Part shown: positions 11,284 through 24,143 of the stretch, piece by piece
Position numbering within the stretch: the first letter of the stretch is position 1
How the letters are laid out: the number at the start of each line of letters is the position of its first letter
Assembly: GCF_001194135.2 (NCBI RefSeq)
Contig: NC_068992.1
Coordinates: 59,114,160 to 59,178,159 of the forward strand
Source of the DNA: Octopus bimaculoides
Lineage: Eukaryota
Reading direction: 5' to 3'
DNA: 64,000 bases
Notes under the pieces: model-generated
The model's database searches: none
Told to the model about the DNA's origin: nothing
Seen by the model: only the letters and a program-made list of their open reading frames with translations
Made by a program: the position numbers and the translations under genes

Positions 11284-14109
11284 NNNNNNNNNNNNNNNNN
11301 NNNNNNNNNNNNNNNNNNNNNNNNNNNNNNNNNNNNNNNNNNNNNNNNNNNNNNNNNNNNNNNNNNNNNNNNNNNNNNNNNNNNNNNNNNNNNNNNNNNN
11401 NNNNNNNNNNNNNNNNNNNNNNNNNNNNNNNNNNNNNNNNNNNNNNNNNNNNNNNNNNNNNNNNNNNNNNNNNNNNNNNNNNNNNNNNNNNNNNNNNNNN
11501 NNNNNNNNNNNNNNNNNNNNNNNNNNNNNNNNNNNNNNNNNNNNNNNNNNNNNNNNNNNNNNNNNNNNNNNNNNNNNNNNNNNNNNNNNNNNNNNNNNNN
11601 NNNNNNNNNNNNNNNNNNNNNNNNNNNNNNNNNNNNNNNNNNNNNNNNNNNNNNNNNNNNNNNNNNNCGACGAATGTATATGCGTTACAATCGATGATAT
11701 TCTATAAGAGAATGCTACTTCAAAATGTGAACATTTTAATTTGAGACCTCAATTATTGAGTTTAAAATCCAATCAAAGTCCTTCTCTTGACTCAGAAAAT
11801 TTCTGAAAAATCAAATCAGATTTTATAAAATGAAAACCATAAAAAAGAAACCCAGCCACTCCAAAAATTTCATGTATTGGACTTTGCTTGCTTTGAGAAC
11901 TTTATTAAAAATATTGATTTCACACTATTGGACCAGAAGCGCATATCTGCAGCTCAGGACCAGATAAGCAACCGTGAGATTCGAAAGTATTGACACCTGT
12001 ACTTTATTTTTTCAACATACTGAGTCTGGAAGAAGGTGCAGTGCCTATAACTTTTGCAGGCCTTCGTTAAACCTTTAATTTCTTCTAGCCCTAATTTATA
12101 TGGCAAATTATTATGCTGCCTTAGTACAGTTTTAATACCGCAGCTCTACATATATTCACCGAGCAGACTCGGCTCTTCATGAAAACAAAATGAGGCATGA
12201 TTTTGATATACAGATGTTTAAAATGTTGCGAGACAAGACCTGAAGAGTGGGGGGATTTTCAGATGTGGGTTACGTTCAAGGGGGAAAGTATTGCGGATAA
12301 TGGTTGATGGAAAGTGACTGGATGGAGGTTAAAATACAACAGGAGTGATAAGAGTTATAAAGACGAGTGAGTCGAACGTATCAGAGTGGAAGAATAAAAA
12401 GACAAGCTAGCTCCGAGGATCGGTTATGATTAGCAGTCTCGTTGTCGTGTAGATCGCAGTCATTACTGATCGAGTTGTCTTGTGATCAAAGGTGATCTAT
12501 CCATAGCCAAGCAGTCTTCGTTTTCGAAGCAAAGTGTCTCCTTTATCTAAAGTGTCTCTTCCCAAAAATCTTAGAATGTATGTGATTTGCGAGTGTTTTA
12601 GCTGTTATATCTAGCAGATAGAGCTCGATCGCTTAGTAGCTCCCTGCCATCGGAATGTAGAGCAAAATGTTGGGTTGTCTGATCATTTGTTCAGTTCATT
12701 ATTCTCTTAATCGTGTTATCTAAATCTTAAGCTTTTTATATAAGTTCACTATTGTAACAGTTTTTCAGGTTTCGACCTGTAAACTTCTCAATTACTTGTC
12801 TAAATCACTATACAGTCGTTCATGTATCGAACCGTCAACCTCTCGATCAGTTCACTATTGTCACTTTTGTCCATGCGTCGAATCGTTAAACGTTGCATCG
12901 TTTTTCCAGATCCCTGTTACAATAGTTGTTCATAAATTAAACCCACGACCTCTCTATCGTTTGTCCAGTTCACCATGGAAAGAGTTGTCCATTTCTTTCT
13001 TTCTCTTCAATACTGAATATTCACCAAATGTTGCTGGACAAATCGATGATTAAGAACCGATATAAGCAGATTAACGTGCGTTCTTGCGATTTTTATGTAA
13101 TATTTTGGAGTCTGCAAGAGAATCTTTAACATTCATAATACGCTCAAAGCACTTATGTGAAGCATCTAAATATAATGGGCAGTTAAAGCACACAAACACA
13201 CACACACACAAACGCACTTATAAATAAATCAACGGTCTACCGATGTATCAGTGTGTCTATGGTCAAATTATGTGCGGGATTTTGCTTAAATATTTATTTC
13301 CTTCTATTAGTAGTTTAGTAATATAAGCATACCTACATAATGTCCCTCTCGATTTTTGTCTCCTCATAACTGTCAAAAAATGGACTTTTTTATGGAATCT
13401 TCCGCAAATACCTCTCAGACAGTGCATATTCCGATTATATCGGAGTTCAATGTAAAACAAAATAGATCTTTGGTGTTGGGTGCTAACACATGCATACTGA
13501 CATACATCATTTTCAAGTTCCATTCGATAGATAATATTTATTCGGTGATGTGTGTAGTATGTATATGTGTGCACTCACTACTTTTTTTCACATTTTTAGT
13601 AATAAATTCCTATATGTTAGTAATCTACACCATCTGAGAGGTATTTGGATAACATTTCATTAAAAAATATCCAGTTTCCTGAAAGTTATGAGGAAACAAA
13701 GTGGGGTGGAAGCACATCTGTGTCGGTATGGTACAGTATGTTACTGATAAATTTGAATGTGTAGAAATTCATAGTTAAAAGTCTCGCCGTCTCTCTCACA
13801 AAGGTGATGAAGATACAACACAAAGTCGAGTAAAGATTAAGCAAATAAAATAAACACAAAGTTGGTATTAGTTTGGTGCTCAGAAAATATGGAAGAAGAA
13901 AAGAAGTAAATTTGGTAGTGATGGAGAGAAAGGAACAAGAAAGGAAAATTGGGAAAATAGAAACATACGTATAAGTTGCAACAATGCCAAGAAGCGCATT
14001 GTGACCAGCAGTGTATAACAACATCCGATAGTCTAGTCAATACTGTGACATAGTAAAATACATACATACATGCATACACACACACATACACACACACATA
14101 CACTAATGT

Positions 14110-14875
14110 CACCAAATACATAAACACTTCGTAGTCTTCCTGGCCAAGGAAGGCGGGGGACAGTGAGCGGATCCGCTAAACGGATCCATCCTACAAACGA
14201 GAGCGAGTGTTTGATAAAGACCCACAAGCCAGCAAGTGCTTGGACACTGGATATGTGCGTACAGAACAGTTTCGTTATTATACGCGCATCTCGTGCCAGC
14301 ACTTCCATGGAAATTATCCATGGGTCCTGGCTCGAAAGTCCTCCGGAATTGAGCAGCCGGGTGATTCCTGACGAGTCCCAGAGTCTCCCCAAGAACATCG
14401 TCTCTCTTGACTTCCGCAAACCTCCGAAGTGGCTGTTCCACCAGTAGCATTTCCCGTCTAGTAGAGAGCTGCAAGCGCCCTACCTCGGACTATGCTTGAT
14501 TAAGGACTGCAGCTTTGTCAAAGAGATAAGCTGCGTGCGGAAAAGCGAGTCTAACGGCAACTACATTTACTCACCGTCAAGGAAACACTAGAGAGACAGC
14601 AACCTCAGAGTATACCTACGTATCATCAGCCACGGCATGCCCAATCTTCCATTCGTGAGTGTTGACACCAAATAGAGCCCCAGACCAGTGGAGAAAACGT
14701 GAGAGTAAGCTTTGTAATCAGATCAGACATGAACTCAAAGTACTGCGGTCAGTCAATAATATACGAGGGAGAGGACGTGTCTCCCACTTCTCCCGACCTT
14801 TCACGGATAACTTTCTTTCGGTTCATTTCTAAGTGAGATTAGTGACCCTGCTCGTTACCTCGTCAGAGGTTTTTG
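14110..14875 (-). mobile_element. Decayed Tx1-clade LINE ORF2, 3' part (post-RT region and C-terminal Cys/His region)
   Basis: Minus-strand translation: DEVTSRVTNLT*K*TERKLSVKGR, NGRLGMPWLMIRRYTLRL, LQSLIKHSPR, DVLGETLG, RTFEPGPMDNF, ETVLYAHIQCP, PPPSLARK. Confidence 0.8.
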
Positions 14876-15269
14876 TGATCTTTCACTGATAGCTGACCCT
14901 TATTATCACAGATCAAACTGTGATTAGCATAACATAGCTCACAGTTGAACCCGCCATGTTATCCGGGATCAGCGATCATTGAATTGGTGATAAACTTGGT
15001 TACATGTACCAGTCCAGTACTAGAGTCAATTCTTCTTCTTCGACTCAATCTTTCTCCTTCTTTCTAGATTGTGTTAGGCTCGAGAAGGAAGGGTCTTCGC
15101 AGGGTAAGACACGCCCCATATCAGGACAGCATGGTTACGACCCCGCAGGAGTTAAGAGCTCTGAGAAGACAGGAATATTAAACATATGTCAAATGCTAAA
15201 TACTTTTCTTGGAACACTTTTCCTACCATTTCTACAACTAATTGATCAACAATGAAATAATAGATAAAC

Positions 15270-15560
15270 TGGCTCAGGTATGGCTCTGCCGTTAACAAGC
15301 TCTCTTTGCAACCATGCAGTCTCGAGTTCAGTCTCACAGCGCGGCACCTTAAGCAAGTGCCTTCTTCTCTAGCACGTGACTAATCAAAGCCTTGTGGATT
15401 TAGTTGATGGAAACTGAAAGAAGCTCGTCATGTGTGTGTGTGTGTGTATGCGTGTGCACACGTATATTGTTCTCCTGCCACCGCTTGAAAACTGATGTTG
15501 TTTCGTGTTTGCGTCCCCGTAACGTAGCGGTTCGGCCCAAATGACCGATAGAATAATATA
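15270..15560 (+). mobile_element. SINE family C (tRNA-like head, internal TG microsatellite)
   Basis: ggctcaggtatggctctg...gagttcagtc...ggaaactgaaagaagc...(TG)n...ccaccgcttg...agcggttcggc...ccgatagaataa. Confidence 0.8.
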
Positions 15561-15641
15561 TATATGTATTTATATAGTTATATATAGTCATATTTTTTAC
15601 GATAGATACAGATTGCATAGAAGTGCTCAAGTCGAGCCTAG

Positions 15642-16256
15642 ACAATTATAATAAATGGAATGGAGAAAGTTCAAATCAAGTAAACCACAATGAACCCATA
15701 TGGATATGAATTTAATTAAGATCAAAATGGTGTCCGTAAAACATGGTTATACTAAAAATACGTTTATTTTTGTAAATCATATTTTTATATTCCTTATTTT
15801 ATTCTTCCTACCAATCCTTGCCAATGCCTTGTCCATTGTATTCCTCCTCCATAAAGTGGTGAGCTAGCAGAAACGTTAGCACGACGGGCGAAATGCTTAG
15901 CGGTATTTCGTCTGCCGTTACGTTCTGAGTTCAAATTCCGCCGAGGTCGACTTTGCCTTTCGCAGTCGATGAATTACGTACCAGTTGCGTACTGGAGTCG
16001 ATCAACTGGCCCCCTCCCCCAAAATTTCGGGCCTTGTGTCTAGAGTAGAAAAATATATAAATACTATGTTTGTATGTTCATATATTTATGTCCATATATA
16101 TTTTTAATAGTCATATATTTTTATATCTTTATATATATTCTTAATATATCCAGATATATTTTTTGGACAGTTTTTATCTTAATTAAATCCGTATGCACAT
16201 GTGTTCATTGCAGTTTACCTGATTTGAACTTTCTCCATTCCATTTAATATAATTGT
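15642..16256. mobile_element. Fold-back element or MITE with inverted termini of about 95 bp, containing a SINE A
   Basis: acaattataataaatggaatggagaaagttcaaatc...gaatttaattaagat matches the reverse complement of 16160-16256. Confidence 0.8.
15852..16055 (+). mobile_element. SINE family A nested in the fold-back element
   Basis: gagctagcagaaacgttagcacg...gagttcaaattccgccgaggtcgac...gggccttgtgtctagagtagaa. Confidence 0.9.
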
Positions 16257-16273
16257 ATATATGTACATAGATA

Positions 16274-17149
16274 CAGGGTGCGGTGAATAAACTGTCGTCT
16301 AAATTAAGCAAAGATGAAAGTAACACTGACATCTCATTTTAACAGATATATTTACCAAAATTTCATTAATATGGCTTGAAATACTAAAGAGTAAATATAT
16401 TCAATAAAATCGCCGTTGGCAACAACCATGGCCTCCAAATGACTTCGGAATTTCCTGCAACACTTCTGGAAGGTCTCCTTGGTTAAATTAGCGAATGCTG
16501 CCATAATCCTTGCCTTCATTTCTTCTTTGGTGTTACTAGGAGTTTTTTTGGTCTCTCGCACAACTGCACCCCACATATAATAATGAAGTAGGGTTGCAGT
16601 CTGGGGAGTTAGTTGGCCAGATGTTAGGGGGTGATGTGCTCGCAGAAATTGTCTGACAGCCATGACTGGGTTCTCCTGCTTATGTGGTATGGTGCAGAGC
16701 CCTGTTGCCAGACATAGGGTCTTCCAGTAGCCAGCCTCTTGACCCAGGGCAGCACTACCTCATCCAGGCACTTGATGCAGGCCGTGTGGGAAGATAAATG
16801 GAGGCATAATGTCGCCACCACTAGTGATCACTCCAAACACTATGATGTTGACCGGTTGTTTGATTTTTATAACCCTCGGTACATTTCCTCAGATTTGCAC
16901 TGTCTTCAGATTGACAACCAAACATTCTGAAATATTCGTATTGGAAGGAAGTTCCAGCGCAAATGCCAAGCAATACAGCGTGTCGTTTCCAAATTTCTGG
17001 CAGAGTGAATTGCATCATGGTGCTGTTTTTTCTCACAGACAGTGCCCAACTGACCCTACTATACTGTGTAGTCGACAAAATCAAAAACAAATAATGCGCA
17101 TGCGCGAAATTAAAAGTATAAAATGGCGACAGTTTACCCTCACACTCTA
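16274..17149 (-). mobile_element. Internally deleted Tc1/mariner maT-type (DD37D) transposon
   Basis: TA-flanked TIRs (cagggtgcggtgaataaactgtcg / cgacagtttaccctcacactcta). Translation YVWQQGSAPYH...WPTNSPDCNPLHYYMWG...FRSHLEAMVVANGDFIE has 37 residues between the 2nd and 3rd catalytic positions once frameshifts are corrected. Confidence 0.88.
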
Positions 17150-17340
17150 TAAGTATTTGTGTGTGCGTGTGTACGTGTATACATGTATGTATATATATAC
17201 ATATATATNNNNNNNNNNNNNNNNNNNNNNNNNNNNNNNNNNNNNNNNNNNNNNNNNNNNNNNNNNNNNNNNNNNNNNNNNNNNNNNNNNNNNNNNNNNN
17301 NNNNNNNNNNNNNNNNNNNNNNNNNNNNNNNNNNNNNNNN

Positions 17341-17375
<35 letters not shown>

Positions 17376-18046
17376 TGGTGTTCAATGTGGTGACCCAGCA
17401 TGGACTCTGACCAATGACTGAAAAGCACACTGTTTCAAAAAAATATATCGTGGTAACAAAACACGAAACTCCGTCGGTTAGTTGCTTGCTTGCTTGCCCG
17501 TTCGTTTGTTTAATGGATACATCAAATGAGTTGATTACAATATTACTTAGGAACTATAGCAAATTTGCAAAGTGGCACTTGTGGGACCATAAAGCATGAT
17601 ATCTATCAGTAAATATTTAGAATGTGTTATGATGATACTATCTTCACTGTGATATGATACATCAATTGCAGAAATTACCATTCTTTTCAATGACATATAT
17701 CATTTAAATAATGGCTTATAATGGAATGTACATTAGGTAAAACACGAATGCACGAGATGCATCTATTAAATTATGTCCCCATTCCATCGGGTCATTTTGT
17801 GCAACATTGTTAAGATTGTTAAACACTTTAGACTGAACAAGTCAATAAATTATTACTTTCCTTCTGTACATCCATATATTTATGCCTACAAACGTTATGT
17901 TGTCATTTGTTTTTGATTAACGGTTTTTATATGAAATCTGGTATCTTGTAATAGGATAATGATTTAGCGAACACTTAAAAGAACTTGTTATTGATGCTTG
18001 AAAGCTATTTCCTCCTATCGGAACGCCAACACATAAGTGTGTGTGT

Positions 18047-18083
<37 letters not shown>

Positions 18084-18279
18084 TTTATGTGTGCGTGTGT
18101 GAGTATGTTTGTGTGTGCGTGTGTATGTTTGTGTGTGTGTGTGTGTGTGTTTGTTTGTCTGTAATTTTGTGCGTGCATTTGTGCGTCGCGTGCGTGTGCA
18201 TATAAATAAGCATGTATGTGTATTTTTGATATAAGTATATGTAACTATAGAGTAACATTTATGTAAATTGTATATGTAT

Positions 18280-18310
<31 letters not shown>

Positions 18311-18939
18311 NNNNNNNNNNNNNNNNNNNNNNNNNNNNNNNNNNNNNNNNNNNNNNNNNNNNNNNNNNNNNNNNNNNNNNNNNNNNNNNNNNNNNNNNNN
18401 NNNNNNNNNNNNNNNNNNNNNNNNNNNNNNNNNNNNNNNNNNNNNNNNNNNNNNNNNNNNNNNNNNNNNNNNNNNNNNNNNNNNNNNNNNNNNNNNNNNN
18501 NNNNNNNNNNNNNNNNNNNNNNNNNNNNNNNNNNNNNNNNNNNNNNNNNNNNNNNNNNNNNNNNNNNNNNNNNNNNNNNNNNNNNNNNNNNNNNNNNNNN
18601 NNNNNNNNNNNNNNNNNNNNNNNNNNNNNNNNNNNNNNNNNNNNNNNNNNNNNNNNNNNNNNNNNNNNNNNNNNNNNNNNNNNNNNNNNNNNNNNNNNNN
18701 NNNNNNNNNNNNNNNNNNNNNNNNNNNNNNNNGGGGAGTTCATGGCTCAAATTAGTATGTTTTGAATAGGATTTGATTGGTAAACGATAGTGACAAGACT
18801 AGTCTTAGAAATTTTTGTAGGTTCCCCGCTACGCCCGTATGTTAGTCATCAAGTGGGTATGTTGGAAGAAAGTATTTATTTGGAAGGTACCCTCCTCCTG
18901 AACTATTTAACCACAAATAAGGAGCTTAATCTACCTTTA

Positions 18940-19110
18940 CACAACTTTTTTAACCCATAGATAGGACCCTGACTGCTACAACCGTTCCGGCTCAGAACGG
19001 ACCTGAGAATAATGGAAATTAAGGGATGACTCTGTGTTCCCCCTCAACTCCAGAACGCCCGAACTGGAGCCTCACTACCAGATGCAGTTTAATGTCATAC
19101 CCAAGAACGT
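18940..19110 (+). mobile_element. Unclassified interspersed repeat
   Basis: cccatagataggaccctgactg...ctggagcctcactaccagatgcagtttaatgtcataccc; GC-richer than the flanks and SINE-like; family not assigned. Confidence 0.4.
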
Positions 19111-19474
19111 GCAGAAAACTTTGAATAGAAGTACTTGTTTATTAACAACTTGCATGAATTTAGAACTCCATGTATATTCTCATATATTCTCATATGTTCA
19201 ACGAGAATCTCCCGATAAGCTTTACTATTATAGTCCGAGTTTCTCTTGGTTGTTTTGTAGTTTAGAAATATCCCAGAGTACTCACAGAGGAAGCAAAATG
19301 AAAGAAGAGTGTTTGTCCATAAATTATTTGATTAAGTCGCTCGGATGATGGGATTAAAAAAGACTTGTAGCCCCAAAGCTCTCCTTTTCTAATTACCGGC
19401 GAATTCTAGGAGACTAGGATAGCATCATATCTTGCTACTGCTTGATTGATATATCTACAAGAATACAAGTGTGC

Positions 19475-19512
<38 letters not shown>

Positions 19513-19750
19513 TTATCTGGGTGTGAGTATGAAATATATTTAGATAGAAATGGAAAGAAAAATGTTTCCTTTGAGAAAGAGCTGTGCAAAGAACAAGATG
19601 ACGCAAGTCATGACATGGTATTCTCTAGAATAAGTTATATCAGTCTGGTTCGCCATTAAGTTTCCTGACATTTTAACTAGACGATCGAATGAATTCGAAA
19701 TTTATGTTTTAACCAAAGTGTTATGAAAATGTCCGGAATTAATGACTTAC

Positions 19751-19838
19751 TCCTTGAAGAATATCATTGCTCCCAGAATGCATTGTGTTCTTTGCCTACA
19801 ATGTTCTACCGTTGCATTTCCGAGTCCGGAAGTTACAC
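19751..19838 (-). CDS. Candidate exon (88 nt), unknown product
   Basis: tttttatatattag acceptor and GGA|gtaagt donor. Confidence 0.35.
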
Positions 19839-20020
19839 CTAATATATAAAAAGTCAACTAACGACAAGCTGTTCAGTTTAAATGTCAAGTATTGAGAGAT
19901 GTTAATAAGTAGACGCTCAGGTAAATGTTTTATTTTCCGCTTCTCCGAAGAATCTTAATGATAAGTTAAACTAAAAATGGAATAAATCAACAACAACGGT
20001 TGCTATACAGCAATGCTTAC

Positions 20021-20212
20021 GTTAGATAAATGAAAATAACAAATGAAGAATTTTTGTTGAAGTCAGTAGGAATTTCTTTCCGTTTCATTCCTCCTTGAAA
20101 CTTTGGTAAGTTACAGACGCCTAGTTGATCGCCTGATAAATGGTTGCATAATATTTCGCCATGGCTTTCTTTTTCTTTGGTTTTAATTATGTTCTGTATG
20201 AATCTTTGCAAT
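20021..20212 (-). CDS. Candidate exon (192 nt), unknown product
   Basis: ttggcttcag acceptor and AAC|gtaagc donor; single open frame LQRFIQNIIKTKEKESHGEILCNHLSGDQLGVCNLPKFQGGMKRKEIPTDFNKNSSFVIFIYL. Confidence 0.35.
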
Positions 20213-20429
20213 CTGAAGCCAATACATACTGAATATTTTTCATAGCTTATTCAGAAGAGGATGAGTAACACCCAGAGACTTTTAAGACCCTCAATGACTG
20301 GCGGAAGAAATTTATCCTTGGACAAGGTATTAACGAGCTCAAGAGAAAGCTAAACAGCAGAAGGTCTTCAGGGAAGACACCACCACCACCACCACATGCT
20401 AATATTTCGACCCTTAACGCCTTACAGTA

Positions 20430-20830
20430 TAAAGGGACCAGGCTGCATCCAGGTCATAACTCCTGGATAGCCGGTACCAGCTTGCACATTATGTCTTACA
20501 GTCTGCATTGTAACATCCCTGGATGATTATGCTGCCCAAGACCCAAGCAACTTTGAGTGCTGTAACCAGTCAGTCTCAGACAGCAGTTGACAGCATGGTA
20601 AATTATGACTTCTGGAATTCACTGTCATTCCTCTTGGAACAGATCCAGTTGGAATCCTTTTCAACTGTTTCTACCATTGCTCTAAGAACTCTGGATTTCT
20701 TTCTCCCAGAAATTGAGAGCTGTTTCATAAGATTATGGTCAGATTTGCCCACAGACCCTGTCGCGAATGATTGCAAAGGAAACAGCATTTTCCTTAAATG
20801 CTTCTAAGTGTCACGTTGCTGTGATAAACC
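20430..20830 (-). mobile_element. 3' end of an RLE-type non-LTR retrotransposon (HERO-like)
   Basis: FAI...GSVGKS...LSISGRKKSRVLRAMVETVEKDSNWICSKR resembles the (E)VG.RGFVG.S...AE..S.W.W.KR C-terminus of HERO-clade ORFs (recalled motif, not searched). Confidence 0.55.
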
Positions 20831-21545
20831 ATGGAATGGGATAAGTTTAGCACTCAGGAATGTGTTTGTATCCGCCAAATTTTACCTACGAGGCTTTGGT
20901 GGACTGGAAGAGGATGTGACGGTGGAAGACACCCAAAACACTGGTATTGTACCCACAACAACTTAGTTGCCATGGAATCTTCTTAAACTTACACTCATGC
21001 TTGCGTATCCATACCTTTGGTTTGTATTCAGCAGCTTCGATGAAATAAAGTAAAGTGTTTATCTCATCTTAATATCTTAATATGATATAAATCAAGTACT
21101 TCAAAGCTGGCATAAACTCTGGTCGAGATAACTTGTTAATATGTAAACTAAGAGAGCAAATAGTAGTTAAACTAAGTCCCTGAAGCTGTCGTGTTTAACA
21201 CTTGTAACACTAGACTGCTATTAAATATTTAAACATGATATTAAAAGAAAACTTTCTATGTAAATCTTATTTAACTTAATGACACATCTAGCATTTGCAA
21301 TTTCTTTTCATTTACCTTGTATGTAATGTTTATGGGAGCCATTCATATAGATTAGTACAATGTAACCGCTTACCTAATACTATTGCGCATCACACATCCT
21401 TATAGTGGAAATGCATCTGTATTAATCTTCTACCATTTTCTTCAGTGTAACATTTATTTATTTTTTATTATGGTAAACAATACATTGATTTACAAAGTTT
21501 CTAATATATTTTTAACTTAATCTTATAATACACAGACACACACAC

Positions 21546-21580
<35 letters not shown>

Positions 21581-21582
21581 CA

Positions 21583-21614
<32 letters not shown>

Positions 21615-21615
<1 letters not shown>

Positions 21616-21738
21616 TCTAAGTTCAAATTCTGCTGAGGTCAATTTTGCCTTTCATCCTTTAGGAGTCGATGAAATAAGTACCAGTCATGCACTGGGATTG
21701 ATATAATCGACTAGACTCCCTCCTCCAAAATTCTATAC
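21615..21738 (+). mobile_element. SINE family A, 5'-truncated
   Basis: aagttcaaattctgctgaggtcaattttgcctttcatcc...ataatcgac. Confidence 0.8.
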
Positions 21739-22712
21739 NNNNNNNNNNNNNNNNNNNNNNNNNNNNNNNNNNNNNNNNNNNNNNNNNNNNNNNNNNNNNN
21801 NNNNNNNNNNNNNNNNNNNNNNNNNNNNNNNNNNNNNNNNNNNNNNNNNNNNNNNNNNNNNNNNNNNNNNNNNNNNNNNNNNNNNNNNNNNNNNNNNNNN
21901 NNNNNNNNNNNNNNNNNNNNNNNNNNNNNNNNNNNNNNNNNNNNNNNNNNNNNNNNNNNNNNNNNNNNNNNNNNNNNNNNNNNNNNNNNNNNNNNNNNNN
22001 NNNNNNNNNNNNNNNNNNNNNNNNNNNNNNNNNNNNNNNNNNNNNNNNNNNNNNNNNNNNNNNNNNNNNNNNNNNNNNNNNNNNNNNNNNNNNNNNNNNN
22101 NNNNNNNNNNNNNNNNNNNNNNNNNNNNNNNNNNNNNNNNNNNNNNNNNNNNNNNNNNNNNNNNNNNNNNNNNNNNNNNNNNNNNNNNNNNNCTCTCTTT
22201 CTCTCTCTCTCATACACACACACACACACACACATACACACACTCTCGCGCGTTCATATTTATACAAAAAGAAAAGCAACATATGTCTTGAAAATAAGAT
22301 GACGTCTTGTTGATGATATGAAGATCTGTCAATAACACAAGTGAAAACATCTCCACATCATAAGACATTGATTTTCAAAAACCATTGATTTCTAAACGTT
22401 ACTGGAGTAAAAGTTATCATAATAGGATCAATTTATAAAAGACTTGTCAAATCTTCAATAATGTTTGAATTCTAATACATATATATATATATATATATAA
22501 ATATATATAAACACACACACATACATATGTATATCTACGTATATATATATACATATATATACTCACACATATATATATATGTGTGTGTGTGTATACTTAC
22601 ATATATATCCATTGATATAGACATATATTTAAGTAGACATATATAAATACACATACATATGTAGAAATATATATGTATATACACACATATATAAATATAT
22701 TCACATACGTAT

Positions 22713-22744
<32 letters not shown>

Positions 22745-22757
22745 CATATATGATATG

Positions 22758-22806
<49 letters not shown>

Positions 22807-23186
22807 GTATATATATATATACATNNNNNNNNNNNNNNNNNNNNNNNNNNNNNNNNNNNNNNNNNNNNNNNNNNNNNNNNNNNNNNNNNNNNNNNNNNNN
22901 NNNNNNNNNNNNNNNNNNNNNNNNNNNNNNNNNNNNNNNNNNNNNNNNNNNNNNNNNNNNNNNNNNNNNNNNNNNNNNNNNNNNNNNNNNNNNNNNNNNN
23001 NNNNNNNNNNNNNNNNNNNNNNNNNNNNNNNNNNNNNNNNNNNNNNNNNNNNNNNNNNNNNNNNNNNNNNNNNNNNNNNNNNNNNNNNNNNNNNNNNNNN
23101 NNNNNNNNNNNNNNNNNNNNNNNNNNNNNNNNNNNNNNNNNNNNNNNNNNNNNNNNNNNNNNNNNNNNNNNNNNNNNNNNNNNNNN

Positions 23187-23249
<63 letters not shown>

Positions 23250-23895
23250 TATACATATATACATACATATATATACATATATACATACATATATATACAT
23301 ATATACATATATACATGTATATCATATATCATATATACATATATTTGTAAGTATATGTATATATATTTATGTAGTGTATAATGGTGGAATAATAATTTTT
23401 TTTATTTTTTTTATTTGATATTTTTCTTTCCAGTCTTGAAGAAGCTCACATCACTCCAGAAGATATAAGTTTTTCAAAGACGTATTTAAAGTGAATTGCT
23501 GAATACCAATCTTGAAATCTTCATCATGGTCGTTTTCCAATATAACTAAACTAAATCGTAGAGTAGAATAAAGTATATCAAGCAGTTGGTGTACTTTATA
23601 TACTGTCCTTACTATCACCGAATGTTGAAGGAAAATTTGCCGAGTCAATAAGATATTGGTCGCCTAATTTAAGTTTCATAAATTTGAATCAGTACAAGCA
23701 TTATGTTGTTGTTTTTAAGTCACAAATAGAATCTTATCGAATAGGCTTATGCAAGTCTTTTATCATGTGTTGCGTCAGAGGAGTAGGAAATAACTGTTTG
23801 TACCTGAGTTTGTTTAACTACAGCAAGTACGGACCGAACTATCTAAGAACACAGAAGACAAAATGAGAAATAAAAGAATAATATATTTATAGATA

Positions 23896-23897
<2 letters not shown>

Positions 23898-23951
<54 letters not shown>

Positions 23952-24143
23952 CCATTCTACCAGAAGCACAAGGCTTCAAATTTGGGACTTCAGTGCGTAA
24001 ATGGTACTAATTTTATCGACTCCGAAAGGATGAAAGACAAAGTCGAGTTCGGCGGAATTTGAACTCAGAACGTAGCGACGGTCGAAACACCGCTAAGCAT
24101 TTAGTCCAGCCTGCTAACGATTCTGCCAACCCGCCGCCCTAAT
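23898..24143 (-). mobile_element. SINE family A with a long (ATT)n tail
   Basis: Reverse complement gggcggcgggttggcagaatcgttagc...gagttcaaattccgccg; (AAT)n on the + strand. Confidence 0.88.
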
